From Candidatus Hermodarchaeota archaeon (GTDB lineage Archaea; Asgardarchaeota; Hermodarchaeia; Hermodarchaeales; Hermodarchaeaceae), in NCBI GenBank assembly GCA_016840065.1, contig JAEOTB010000012.1:1-25673 (forward strand): 25,673 nucleotides of DNA. Direction: 5' to 3'. Below the pieces are notes generated by a model. That model worked only from the letters and a program-made list of their open reading frames with translations, ran no database searches and was not told the DNA's origin. Each line of letters starts with the position of its first letter. Within the stretch, counting starts at the first letter, position 1. Positions 1 to 8,469 of this stretch are shown piece by piece. Position numbers and translations under genes: made by a program.

Positions 1-2
1 CT

Positions 3-368
3 GCGTATCCGCTAGCCTTTAGCCCTGCCCTCACCGACCAGACCGAACCTTTCAACGCCCCCCTCACCTATGACATCAATGTCTACTCCTGGTTCGGCGA
101 AGACACCTGGACCCTCAACGACACCACTCACTTCACTATCAGCACGGCAGGTATCGTGTTAAATACTCTAGTACTCGCAACTGGAGTGTATGGTCTCCAA
201 GTAACAGTCAATGACACACTCGGACACGAGATTACTGGCGAGTTCACAGTAACCATAGAGTCCCGGGAATTCTTCCCCGTCTTCTTGCCCCTCATCCTAC
301 TGATTGCTCTCATCGCAATCATCATTGTGATTTTGGTCTACATCTGCTATTCCCGCAGGGAGTCGTAA
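3..368 (+). CDS. 5'-truncated membrane-anchored surface protein (last Ig/cadherin-like repeat, C-terminal TM helix, short basic tail)
   Basis: The frame of ORF 156..368 is open back to position 3: AYPLAFSPALTDQTEPFNAPLTYDINVYSWFGEDTWTLNDTTHFTISTAGIVLNTLVLATGVYGLQVTVNDTLGHEITGEFTVTIE. This matches the ~87-aa repeat of the 19775..25456 protein and is followed by a hydrophobic helix (VFLPLILLIALIAIIIVILVYIC) and SRRES*. Confidence 0.85.
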   Translation, partial: AYPLAFSPALTDQTEPFNAPLTYDINVYSWFGEDTWTLNDTTHFTISTAGIVLNTLVLATGVYGLQVTVNDTLGHEITGEFTVTIESREFFPVFLPLILLIALIAIIIVILVYICYSRRES

Positions 369-411
369 GGCTCCCTCTCCACCTTTTTTCTTCTTCCAAG
401 ACCTTGGAATT

Positions 412-1539
412 TTAGCATGCAGGGAATTGTATGCACCGGACCGCTCCACTGATTCCTTCCCGGAAACACTTGTTACAGGAGATGCACCGGCTCTTCGTGA
501 GCTCGCCCTTTCCTGCCTCCTCAGCCCACCGGTCCAGCAGCCAGGGCTCCGTGATGAGGGGTCGTCCAAGCTGTAGTATATCGAATTTATCCTCACCCAG
601 CAGCTTCATGATGGTATCGGGGGACCGGATACCGCCAACAAGCCCAAAGCGAATACTACCTTTCCCAGCGGCTTCTCGGATCTTGAGGGCATCTTCTCGG
701 AAGTAGCCTTCACCGGCCTTCTGGGGACTTTGGACAGCATTGGGTCCGCTGATGATGACGCACCAAGCACCAGCTTTGCCCAACCTCTTTGCCAGTTCGC
801 CCACCTCCTCTGGTGTAACCTTGGGTGACTTGGCATCGACCTTCACTTGAACGGGAATATCCACTTCCTCACGTACGGCTACAACCGCATCGACCGGAGC
901 CTTGGTTCGCCCATCCATTGTAGAACCGGTGTAGGGGTCATCTGGAGGGCGTTCGTTGAAGGTGGGGTCAAAGAACTGCCAGAGACCATACTGGTGGGCT
1001 CCATGGAGTTCGATTACATCAAAGCCTGCTTCAAACGCTCGTCTTGCTGCATCAGCGTAAGCTTTGGTTACCTTTTCAACATGCTCAATCGTCATTCCCT
1101 TCGCTTGAGTCACTCCACCTGTCTGGGTGGGTACGTCTTTCGAGCTGGGACCATAGGCACTCAAGCCACCAGAGAGGAATGGATTACTCTGTGCACCACA
1201 GTGGACTAGCTGAGCACAGGCTAGGCTCCCTGATTCGTGGATAGCATCTGCGAGGCGTTTGAGCCCCTTGGCGTCTTCATGTCTGGTGTTCGAAATCATC
1301 CTAGGTAACTGCTGCCCCTCGGGTAGAACAAACTGAAACCCCGTCACTACAATACCTGCCTTGATTTTCCGGTAAGTCTCAATTATTCGGTCACCACAAC
1401 TTCCGTCCTCCTCAGTCTGACTCATCCAGGTTGCAGCCCGCATGATCCGGTTGGACATCACAACACCATTGGGCAGTTCCAAGTCGCGGAGCGCTGTCTG
1501 CTTCCACATCTCTAAATCAACCATAATGTCACCTCGCAC
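412..1539 (-). CDS. NADH:flavin oxidoreductase, Old Yellow Enzyme family, with C-terminal Cys cluster (probable 4Fe-4S)
   Basis: Motifs NRIMRAAT, AQLVHCG, AARRAFEAGFDVIELHGAHQYGLWQF, VGGIRS, GRPLITEP, and C-terminal CISCNKC-x10-C. The real start may be the ATG at 1524 (MVDLEMW). Confidence 0.92.
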   Translation of the reverse strand: MRGDIMVDLEMWKQTALRDLELPNGVVMSNRIMRAATWMSQTEEDGSCGDRIIETYRKIKAGIVVTGFQFVLPEGQQLPRMISNTRHEDAKGLKRLADAIHESGSLACAQLVHCGAQSNPFLSGGLSAYGPSSKDVPTQTGGVTQAKGMTIEHVEKVTKAYADAARRAFEAGFDVIELHGAHQYGLWQFFDPTFNERPPDDPYTGSTMDGRTKAPVDAVVAVREEVDIPVQVKVDAKSPKVTPEEVGELAKRLGKAGAWCVIISGPNAVQSPQKAGEGYFREDALKIREAAGKGSIRFGLVGGIRSPDTIMKLLGEDKFDILQLGRPLITEPWLLDRWAEEAGKGELTKSRCISCNKCFREGISGAVRCIQFPAC

Positions 1540-1579
1540 ACATATGCCCTTCGGATAGAAAAATCTTGAGCTAGTCTAA

Positions 1580-1930
1580 CTAGCTACCGAAGGGGAGCAT
1601 CATCCCCTCAATGAGGAACAGTATACCAGCTAGATTCCCAAAGATGAAGAGAAGCAGCATCCCTGATATCAGGAAGAACAGACAGGCGGAGCGTTTGCCT
1701 CTTCCACGTAGAGGTCCACTCTGTATGTGGGTCTTCCATCCCAGAAGCCCATAGCCGATCAGGATGACACCACAAGGGATTATCTGGATTATAGTGGCAA
1801 TCCAATCGTTTCCTAGGAAACTCCAAAAGGGATACCAAAAACCAAAGAACGGCAACAGGCTAAGTACGATTCCCAGGACAGCAGCGATAAACGGTAAAAC
1901 CCTGGTTAGGTCCCAATTAGAGCTAGTCAT
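1580..1930 (-). CDS. Small integral membrane protein (3-4 TM helices), function unknown
   Basis: 116 aa with several long hydrophobic segments; purine-rich GGAGA upstream of the ATG on the minus strand. Confidence 0.7.
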   Translation of the reverse strand: MTSSNWDLTRVLPFIAAVLGIVLSLLPFFGFWYPFWSFLGNDWIATIIQIIPCGVILIGYGLLGWKTHIQSGPLRGRGKRSACLFFLISGMLLLFIFGNLAGILFLIEGMMLPFGS

Positions 1931-2057
1931 AACAATCTCCCTTTAGCTTAGAGGTAAAAGATAGGAAAGGGTTGTCTGTCATCCCTTTAGTTTCTTTTGG
2001 GGAGCTAGGATTTATGAGTTCAGAACACCTTCCTTACCTTATTGGTATTGACATGGA

Positions 2058-2705
2058 ATGGTGAAAAACCTAATGCCAAAGGGAAAAACAAAGATTGGAC
2101 CTATTCGATCAAGACGTGTTCACCTATTTGGATCCACAGTAATCGGCTGTCATCCAGATGATTTCATCAGCCACATATCAGGAAAAGACCTCACGATTAT
2201 CCGTAGAGCAACTAGCCGGGGAATCTGGCGCGTCCATCCTTTCTACATATATATCGCTCCTGACTCGCCAATCACCTATTATACCTCTTACAAGGGTGAT
2301 GAGCTTCGAGGGGTTCATGCAGACATCGAAGCTGAAGGACTCACAAGCACTTACGGGAGATATTTCAAGATTTACTTACTCAATGACCTATCAAAAACCA
2401 GAACCGTCAATCCAGCAACGACTGGAGTTTATTCGAAGACTTCGGTCCCGACAATCGGTCGAGTTTATCTCTTGGGACCAGTGGTTGTACAAGTTGAACC
2501 TGAGGATTTCATCGGTCTAACAACTGGAAGCGATTTACCCATTATCTGCAAAATCTACAACAAGGGATGGAAACGCTTTCACTCCTACACCTACGCAGCC
2601 CCTGACACTCCCATAACCTACTACACGAAGAGCAGAGTAGAACTACCTGAGGTACGCATCACTTACGAAACCCAGGAAATGATTCTTCCCAGAGGGCTGT
2701 ATTAA
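2058..2705 (+). CDS. Hypothetical protein with two tandem copies of an ~80-aa domain
   Basis: Internal repeat: RVHLFGSTVIGCHPDDFI...YIYIAPDSPITYYT versus RVYLLGPVVVQVEPEDFI...YTYAAPDTPITYYT. Confidence 0.8.
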   Translation: MVKNLMPKGKTKIGPIRSRRVHLFGSTVIGCHPDDFISHISGKDLTIIRRATSRGIWRVHPFYIYIAPDSPITYYTSYKGDELRGVHADIEAEGLTSTYGRYFKIYLLNDLSKTRTVNPATTGVYSKTSVPTIGRVYLLGPVVVQVEPEDFIGLTTGSDLPIICKIYNKGWKRFHSYTYAAPDTPITYYTKSRVELPEVRITYETQEMILPRGLY

Positions 2706-2808
2706 ATGAAATCTGCTAGCAGGTACAAGTAACAGTCTTAATTTAAGAGCTAGAAACGCTATTCTTACAACGGTCAAGAATGACTAGGAATGGTTCCAAG
2801 TTGGTGAA

Positions 2809-3111
2809 TTGTTTATGGAAGAAGGTGAACCTCAACACGTCCCACTTCAGGTATTGAAATTCTACATGCTTGGTCTAATCGCAAAGATACACCAAGAAGA
2901 CCTTATCGACATGATCGCATCGAAGGGTCTAACGGTTATCGCTGGAAGGATAGGGCGAGGAGACAAGTACCACATCTATATCGCCCACGACCCTGCAGAA
3001 GGGATAACCTACTACTCGGTGGTCGAGGAAGAACTCATCGAGCTAACCGTAGACATCCAAGCAGACCAGATCATCGCACCATTCTCCCGTGGATTCCTAT
3101 TCCAGCGATAA
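2809..3111 (+). CDS. Hypothetical protein, single copy of the same ~80-aa domain
   Basis: FYMLGLIAKIHQEDLI...HIYIAHDPAEGITYYS...VDIQADQIIAP aligns by eye with both halves of 2058..2705. GGTGA SD-like motif upstream. Confidence 0.75.
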   Translation: MFMEEGEPQHVPLQVLKFYMLGLIAKIHQEDLIDMIASKGLTVIAGRIGRGDKYHIYIAHDPAEGITYYSVVEEELIELTVDIQADQIIAPFSRGFLFQR

Positions 3112-3202
3112 GCAGTGAAAGCACTTCAACAGAGCCAGTAAATCGCTAACCTTTAATGAGTGTCTTCATAGCAGTTACCTAACTATTCAGCGAGTTGAGG
3201 AT

Positions 3203-3727
3203 TTGACATTAAGCACAAAGCTCCATAAGTTGGAACTGTCAAAACAGGCCATGATTGTGGAAGTTCATAAAAGGAAGAGTATGGTTGGTTGCGTCCTTAT
3301 GCGCCGCATTTCACCGCAGGTAGATGTAGCGTTAAGCATCCTGGAAACACTGTTTGGTGTTTTCAAGGAAGCGATTGAAGATATGAATGAGGACATGCAG
3401 TACTTTGCTCAAAAACTGAAGATGTATAACGATATGGGGGAAGCCCTTTCCGATTATCTCAGTGGCCTCGTGGATGTCATGAACGAGGGAGGGGGCAGTA
3501 AGGACGAGGAACCTGACACAGAAACCGCGGCTCGAATCGCGGGCAGAGTCGAGCTTGCCGTCAAACCTCTCTCCATCGTCATTGGGCGGATGCAGCACTC
3601 ACCCCTCTACGCTAAATCGAGGCTTGGAAAACAGGCATTACGGTTGAGAACGAGCATGCAGGAGATTACCAGAGAGATTAAGCGTCCACCCAAACCTCGC
3701 TTCAGAATTCAACGCCGAAGAAGCTAG
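3203..3727 (+). CDS. Hypothetical all-helical protein with basic C-terminal tail
   Basis: Amphipathic helical pattern (FKEAIEDMNEDMQYFAQKLKMYNDMGEALSDYL) and tail KRPPKPRFRIQRRRS. Start is uncertain and may be a later ATG. Confidence 0.6.
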   Translation: MTLSTKLHKLELSKQAMIVEVHKRKSMVGCVLMRRISPQVDVALSILETLFGVFKEAIEDMNEDMQYFAQKLKMYNDMGEALSDYLSGLVDVMNEGGGSKDEEPDTETAARIAGRVELAVKPLSIVIGRMQHSPLYAKSRLGKQALRLRTSMQEITREIKRPPKPRFRIQRRRS

Positions 3728-3756
3728 AAGTTCCACCTCCTAGAACATAGAGTAAT

Positions 3757-3806
3757 AAAAAAATCAGACCAGCAGGGGGACAAAACTGGTTCGGCCCTGC
3801 CAGTCT
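3757..3806 (-). terminator. Stem-loop plus U-tract downstream of 3813..4568
   Basis: On the minus strand AGACTGGCAGGG (3806-3795) pairs with CCCTGCTGGTCT (3777-3766; 12 bp, two G-U pairs), followed by T7 (3763-3757). Confidence 0.7.
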
Positions 3807-3812
3807 TGGAAT

Positions 3813-4568
3813 CTAGTTTCTATTGCGTCGACGAAGCAATACTCCACTAAGGAGGGTGAGAGGGACTGTGATTAGAATAGCTAGAAGAGGGAATCCTGGG
3901 ATCGCTGGAGGAGTAGTGGTTGGTGTTGGCTCTGAATAATCGCTGACTACGACGTTGTCGAGCCTCCAACCTCCCTGGGCTGCAAATCGGAATGTAGAGG
4001 ATTCAGTTATCTCGTTGTCGGTCACCTGCATTCTCAGAGTACCATCTATGTAGATTGAGAATGCTCCTGCTTGTGTTCGTGTGAAATTAATTGTATACCA
4101 ACCAGCTACGGGGGTTCCTGGATCTGGATAATAGCTGGTGATTTCGCTAACACCGTCGATTTCCTTGAGAAGATCGAAACCAGGCCCTGGTATCATAATG
4201 CCTCCGGACCATGATCCAGTCCAGACACAAAGCCTATAGTTGATTCCTGATGATATGATGTAGACATAGCAATGGTTTGCAGGGGTATCAACGGCATAGA
4301 CGTCAAACTGCCAGCTTCCATAAGCGACCTCGCTGGGGTGGCTTATCCAGCTCCAGGTACTATCAATGAGTGTCTCAAGGTAACCACTAGCTGCAGAGAA
4401 ACCCAACTCGGAGGTTGGTGTCCAGCCGTCATAGTTACCATCATCGAAAGCATCCTGCCAAACAATGGTGAACGCTCTACAGGTCTTCGGTCCGAGAAGA
4501 GTGGTCCAAAGAAGTAGTATTGCACCAATAACTAGGACTAGAGACAGAACATGACTCTTCCTGTTCAT
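3813..4568 (-). CDS. Secreted/surface protein: signal peptide, probable ConA/lectin-like beta-sandwich, Thr/Pro linker, IPGF-type C-terminal sorting signal (paralog 1)
   Basis: Hydrophobic N-terminus, VWQDAFDDGNYDGW...LDNVVV, then PTPTTTPPAIPGFP + TM helix + RRRNRN. The fold assignment is inference. Confidence 0.85.
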   Translation of the reverse strand: MNRKSHVLSLVLVIGAILLLWTTLLGPKTCRAFTIVWQDAFDDGNYDGWTPTSELGFSAASGYLETLIDSTWSWISHPSEVAYGSWQFDVYAVDTPANHCYVYIISSGINYRLCVWTGSWSGGIMIPGPGFDLLKEIDGVSEITSYYPDPGTPVAGWYTINFTRTQAGAFSIYIDGTLRMQVTDNEITESSTFRFAAQGGWRLDNVVVSDYSEPTPTTTPPAIPGFPLLAILITVPLTLLSGVLLRRRNRN

Positions 4569-4631
4569 ATAACATTCCTCAAATGTATTCAGCGATTGAA
4601 TTCCTTGTGATTCTAACTGGTTTGTGTGATT

Positions 4632-4705
4632 ATGCGAATATTATTCGCATCTCGTTAAGAATCACTTTCTCATACTATGAGAATAGTAACTATTCTAATA
4701 TAAAA
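4632..4705 (-). promoter_or_regulatory. TATA box plus palindromic operator sites upstream of paralog 1
   Basis: TTTTATAT on the minus strand (4705-4698); perfect inverted repeats TTCTCATA-C-TATGAGAA (4667-4683) and ATGCGAATA-T-TATTCGCAT (4632-4650). Confidence 0.7.
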
Positions 4706-4766
4706 TGGTAACGGTTTCGGACCTCAGACCAGTGCTTAGCTATGTTCCCAAACGCCCTTCATGAAT

Positions 4767-4817
4767 AAAAAATCCAGACTAGCAAGGCAACATCGAAGGA
4801 GTTTACCTTGCCAGTCT
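4767..4817 (-). terminator. Stem-loop plus U-tract downstream of 4825..5583
   Basis: On the minus strand AGACTGGCAAGG (4817-4806) pairs with CCTTGCTAGTCT (4787-4776), followed by T6 (4772-4767). Homologous to the 3757..3806 element. Confidence 0.7.
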
Positions 4818-4824
4818 CAAAGGA

Positions 4825-5583
4825 TTAGTGTTTCTTGCGGCGGCGGATCACGATTGCCAGACTGAGGGCAAGGGGTACAGCCAACAGGATGGCGAATAGG
4901 GGAAACCCAGGAATTGGGGGTGGTGGAGTACTGGTACCTGTACCCGTACCTGTTGATGAGAAGTCACCAACGACAACGTTATCGATTCCTGAATTCTCCT
5001 GGGCACCAAACCTGAAGTAGATTGAAGTGGTTATGTCATTGTCGAGAACGGTGATGCGTAGTGTACCATCGACGTAGATATTGAAAGATCCTTGGCTGTC
5101 TCTTGTGACATTGTAGGAATGTAATCCACTGAGTGAGCCAGTAAACCAGTCTGCTATCGAGACAGTCGAACCACCAGACTGTTTCAGGAGTGAAACTCCA
5201 GGACCTGTGGCCCAACCAGCGTAAGAACCGGTCCAAATGCAAAGCCGATAATTAGTAACTGTATCAGGAGAGATGATGTAAACATAAGTATGATTCTGGG
5301 GTGCATCTTCTGATAGTACATCGAAGCTCCAGTATCCATAGGCTGTGTTACTTGGATAGCGGATGAAACTCCAAATGCCACCACTACCTGTAGCGATAAG
5401 TTGATTGCTTGTGATTCCGAAATCGCCAGCGTAGACGGACCATCCATTGTAGTTGCCGTCGTTGAAGTCGTCTTGCCACACTATAGCTGCTGAGCTAGTG
5501 TTCGCAGAGAAGAGGGTGGAGAAGAGAAGGACAATGGCACCTATCATTAGGGTTCGGGATATGATATGGTTTTTTTCAAGCAT
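4825..5583 (-). CDS. Secreted/surface protein with IPGF-type C-terminal sorting signal (paralog 2)
   Basis: Signal peptide, IVWQDDFNDGNYNGW, NYRLCIWTGS (shared with paralog 1 NYRLCVWTGS), TGTGTGTSTPPPPIPGFP + TM + RRRKKH. Confidence 0.85.
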   Translation of the reverse strand: MLEKNHIISRTLMIGAIVLLFSTLFSANTSSAAIVWQDDFNDGNYNGWSVYAGDFGITSNQLIATGSGGIWSFIRYPSNTAYGYWSFDVLSEDAPQNHTYVYIISPDTVTNYRLCIWTGSYAGWATGPGVSLLKQSGGSTVSIADWFTGSLSGLHSYNVTRDSQGSFNIYVDGTLRITVLDNDITTSIYFRFGAQENSGIDNVVVGDFSSTGTGTGTSTPPPPIPGFPLFAILLAVPLALSLAIVIRRRKKH

Positions 5584-5649
5584 GTGATATTCCTCGGGGT
5601 TCGAGATGAATTAATGCCTGGCGATGCGGGGTGTGCCATTCTTTTATCC

Positions 5650-5719
5650 TGCGAGAAATTCGCAAAGATGTAGAATGGTTTTCGCACCGTATGAGAAGCT
5701 CTCTGTTTTCATTATAAAA
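5650..5719 (-). promoter_or_regulatory. TATA box plus degenerate operator sites upstream of paralog 2
   Basis: TTTTATAA on the minus strand (5719-5712); TTCGCACC-G-TATGAGAA (5681-5697) at the same 14-nt spacing from TATA as in paralog 1; TGCGA-N5-TCGCA (5650-5664). Confidence 0.6.
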
Positions 5720-6120
5720 CGCTGATGGTTTCTGCAAAGCTAAGCGGAGATAATTAGGCTCTGGGATCAAATGGGGTGCTTGGGACCCATTAGTTTCGGT
5801 CTACCCTGCACCTATCTTGTCTGCTTGAAAGCACACATGGTGTGGGGGGAGGTCACTGAAAGTATTCTGCCCTCAAGAACACACAACAGACCAGGGCTCC
5901 TGTTGAATGCTTAAAGGAGATAAAATTCTAGTAATATTGCAGATTTTTCGATTCCAATTATGTTGTTTTCCTTGATTTATGTGAAAGCGGAAACCATATA
6001 CATATGTAGAGATAAAGAAGCACCTTATAAAGTGAGCAAAAAGCTGCTCTTTCCCAGAATATAAAGGGACTACAGGGAGGCAAGGAATGCTTTTTGCGTA
6101 ATCCAGGAGGCTAAAAATCT

Positions 6121-7137
6121 TTGAGTAAAATATCCCTAAAGTACACCACAGCTGAAGGAGACCTTGGACAAACCGAAAAAATCAGCACCAGCGAACGCCA
6201 CTTCTCCTTAGTCAAGATGGGCCTGTTATCAGTTGATCTCTCACCCCTCAGTCAATGCGCTAATCTCGAAAGCCTCTCCCTTTACGGAAATCAGCTAGAA
6301 GCGCTTGACCTTTCACCCTTAAGTTCATGTCCTAAATTGACTGGTCTCAATCTAAGCGCTAACAAGCTCTTAGGCATCGACATCACTCCCCTCGGGAAGT
6401 GTATTGCCCTTAGGAGTCTGAACCTAGATAACAACCAAATTGGAGCCATCGATATTGCCCCTCTAAAGACCTGTACCAGGTTGGAAACCCTCCTCCTTGA
6501 TGGCAACCAGCTAAAGGTCATTGACCTATCAGCCCTAGCCAAATGCACAAGGCTAGAATACCTCCACCTAGACGACAACCAGCTCAGGACCGTTGACCTG
6601 TCAGCCCTAGCCAAATGTATAAAGTTGGAATATCTCCACATCGACGACAACCAGCTTAGCAGTATCAGACTCACACCCCTCAGGAAATGTGCAAAGCTCC
6701 GAAGCATAAGTCTCTCCTTCAACAAACTCCGGAGCGTCAGCCTGAAACCCCTAGGAAAATGCCAAAGCCTAGAATACCTATCACTCTTCGGAAACCAGTT
6801 AGAAGACATCGACCTCTCACCCATCTTTGCGCTCCCCGTGCTCGGAGATATCTCAGTGGATGACACGGTTGTCATAACAGCAAAAACACTCCAGCAATCC
6901 TTGCAAGGGAAAGTCCAAGAGACCGAACGCCTCCTTGCCCAAGCAAAGGAGACGACAGATCCCCAGACCCGGAAGACCCTCTTTAAGCAATCAAGGAAAC
7001 TACTCTCTGGAGCACCAGAGCCCAAACACCCCGCCTGGGCATCAGCCTCGCCACAACTACAAGCCTGTGCAGAGAGAATCGTAGATTTATCAGCCAAACT
7101 TGCATGGCTCCAATCAAAAATTAGAGAGCTTCTCTAG
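6121..7137 (+). CDS. Cytoplasmic leucine-rich repeat protein (8 x 24-aa LRR) with C-terminal helical domain
   Basis: Repeat LxxLxxCxxLxxLxLxxNxLxxxD from aa 40 to 231; AGGAGG SD upstream of a TTG start; no signal peptide. Confidence 0.92.
   Translation: MSKISLKYTTAEGDLGQTEKISTSERHFSLVKMGLLSVDLSPLSQCANLESLSLYGNQLEALDLSPLSSCPKLTGLNLSANKLLGIDITPLGKCIALRSLNLDNNQIGAIDIAPLKTCTRLETLLLDGNQLKVIDLSALAKCTRLEYLHLDDNQLRTVDLSALAKCIKLEYLHIDDNQLSSIRLTPLRKCAKLRSISLSFNKLRSVSLKPLGKCQSLEYLSLFGNQLEDIDLSPIFALPVLGDISVDDTVVITAKTLQQSLQGKVQETERLLAQAKETTDPQTRKTLFKQSRKLLSGAPEPKHPAWASASPQLQACAERIVDLSAKLAWLQSKIRELL
6238..6813 (+). repeat. Eight tandem 72-nt LRR-coding units
   Basis: Units 5 and 6 are close at DNA level (TCAGCCCTAGCCAAATG...GACGACAACCAGCT in both). 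Confidence 0.85.
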
Positions 7138-7247
7138 TGGATCGAACAAACCAGATCTTGTTTTAGCAGCAAGTTCTAACATCCATACTATATTCCACAA
7201 ACTATCAGCAAGAAACGAGGCCAACTGATAGTTTCAGAGGAAGGATG

Positions 7248-8360
7248 TTAGTGTATTGTTAGTCGGGCATCAGGGAGGAATAAGTGGTGACAATACCTGC
7301 ATTCAAGAAAGCCTGCAGGTGTGTGGGCTTCAAGGCCAATGTTACCGCCACATTGACTGCATTCATTTCCCAATGAAGTGTAAGGTTGGTATTTGAGAGC
7401 CTTACAGACGGAGCCAATTTGGGTGGCAAAGCGGTTCAGGATTTTCTCACCCTCCTCCTCTTCAAGGGCGTATAATCGAAGAACAACATTACCAGAGATG
7501 TGGGTGGAGGTCACTTGTAATTCAAGTAGAGCCTTATGACCGGAAAAACCCTCAACTATGTATTGAGCATAGGCTGTGAAGTTCTCACCAATGTAACCTT
7601 CATCTTCATCAAATACCGGGAGTCCTTTGAAGATGGCAGTGACGCTCTTGTAGATGGCTCCAGGATTCGTAATGTCAGGGTCGACATCGAAGGAGAATTC
7701 AGTCCAGATGATTGGAGCACCGCTCTTGATTCGACCCACAAGTTCTACCACTTCTTCGTCTGCAGAGCGACGGTATTGCTTCACCCGGTGAGAAAATTGG
7801 CGGTCTAGCTTTAGAGGTACGTCAAGATATTCCTTATCGGAAAGGCGTTTAATGAAAACGATAGTTGAAGGGGTCACCTCAACAGGTGGTGTAGGCCGTG
7901 ACTCCATAACACAAAGTTCAGTGTAGGTGCTGCTCTCCTCATCCCTTATTTCATGGACTACAACGGAGCCATAATCCCACACAGGGCCAATCAGGGTTTG
8001 AAAGAGTCTTGTTTCATCGGTTTCAGTGCTCCATCTCCCAGTGCCATATATTGAGTTAAGAGGAACGGCTAAGGTGATACTGTCTGCTGGCACAGGTTTG
8101 GCTTCATAGATAGAAACCCGATCGTTGTGTTTAAGGCGTCCCTGTATTCTGCTCCCCAATATAATGCGTTCGTGTTTGAGAGGTGAAGTAATGGTTTCGA
8201 CTTCACCAATTTCGGCTACTCTACAATAGACCTTGTCTGGGTTCTCGCTAATGATGAGTATGAATTTCCCTTGAGCCATCCAGGGCCTTGGTTTCCCCTT
8301 AATGTATAAATGGGCCTTGTATCGAAACTCCTCAAATTCCACTCTAAACTTCCCTTTCAT
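7248..8360 (-). CDS. Cdc48/p97 N-terminal-domain-like protein lacking an ATPase, with alpha/beta middle domain and C-terminal Zn ribbon
   Basis: DRVSIYEAKPVPADSITLAVP and LCVMESRPTPPVEVTPSTIVFI fit the Cdc48/VAT N-domain pattern. No Walker A. C-terminal CSQC-x15-CRYC. Confidence 0.65.
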   Translation of the reverse strand: MKGKFRVEFEEFRYKAHLYIKGKPRPWMAQGKFILIISENPDKVYCRVAEIGEVETITSPLKHERIILGSRIQGRLKHNDRVSIYEAKPVPADSITLAVPLNSIYGTGRWSTETDETRLFQTLIGPVWDYGSVVVHEIRDEESSTYTELCVMESRPTPPVEVTPSTIVFIKRLSDKEYLDVPLKLDRQFSHRVKQYRRSADEEVVELVGRIKSGAPIIWTEFSFDVDPDITNPGAIYKSVTAIFKGLPVFDEDEGYIGENFTAYAQYIVEGFSGHKALLELQVTSTHISGNVVLRLYALEEEEGEKILNRFATQIGSVCKALKYQPYTSLGNECSQCGGNIGLEAHTPAGFLECRYCHHLFLPDARLTIH

Positions 8361-8381
8361 ACCTTAATATTGAGTATTATG

Positions 8382-8389
8382 ATATATAA
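8382..8389 (-). promoter_or_regulatory. Probable TATA box for 7248..8360 (leaderless transcript)
   Basis: TTATATAT on the minus strand 22-29 nt upstream of the ATG at 8360; no obvious SD. Confidence 0.5.
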
Positions 8390-8469
8390 GAAGGTTAGTG
8401 GAACCTAGTTACAATACAACCTAACAGTTATACCTGTATCTTACCTATCTATTCCTCCGAAGGAATAGG

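Noticed and set aside
5720-6120. Possible ncRNA or small ORF (5576..5770) in the long intergenic region
   Set aside because: No tRNA-like or convincing stable structure seen; the small ORF overlaps the promoter/operator of paralog 2 and lacks coding features.
6291-7097. 268-aa antisense ORF
   Set aside because: Lies wholly opposite the LRR gene; its Ser/Arg-rich periodicity mirrors the LRR codons, so it is a shadow ORF.
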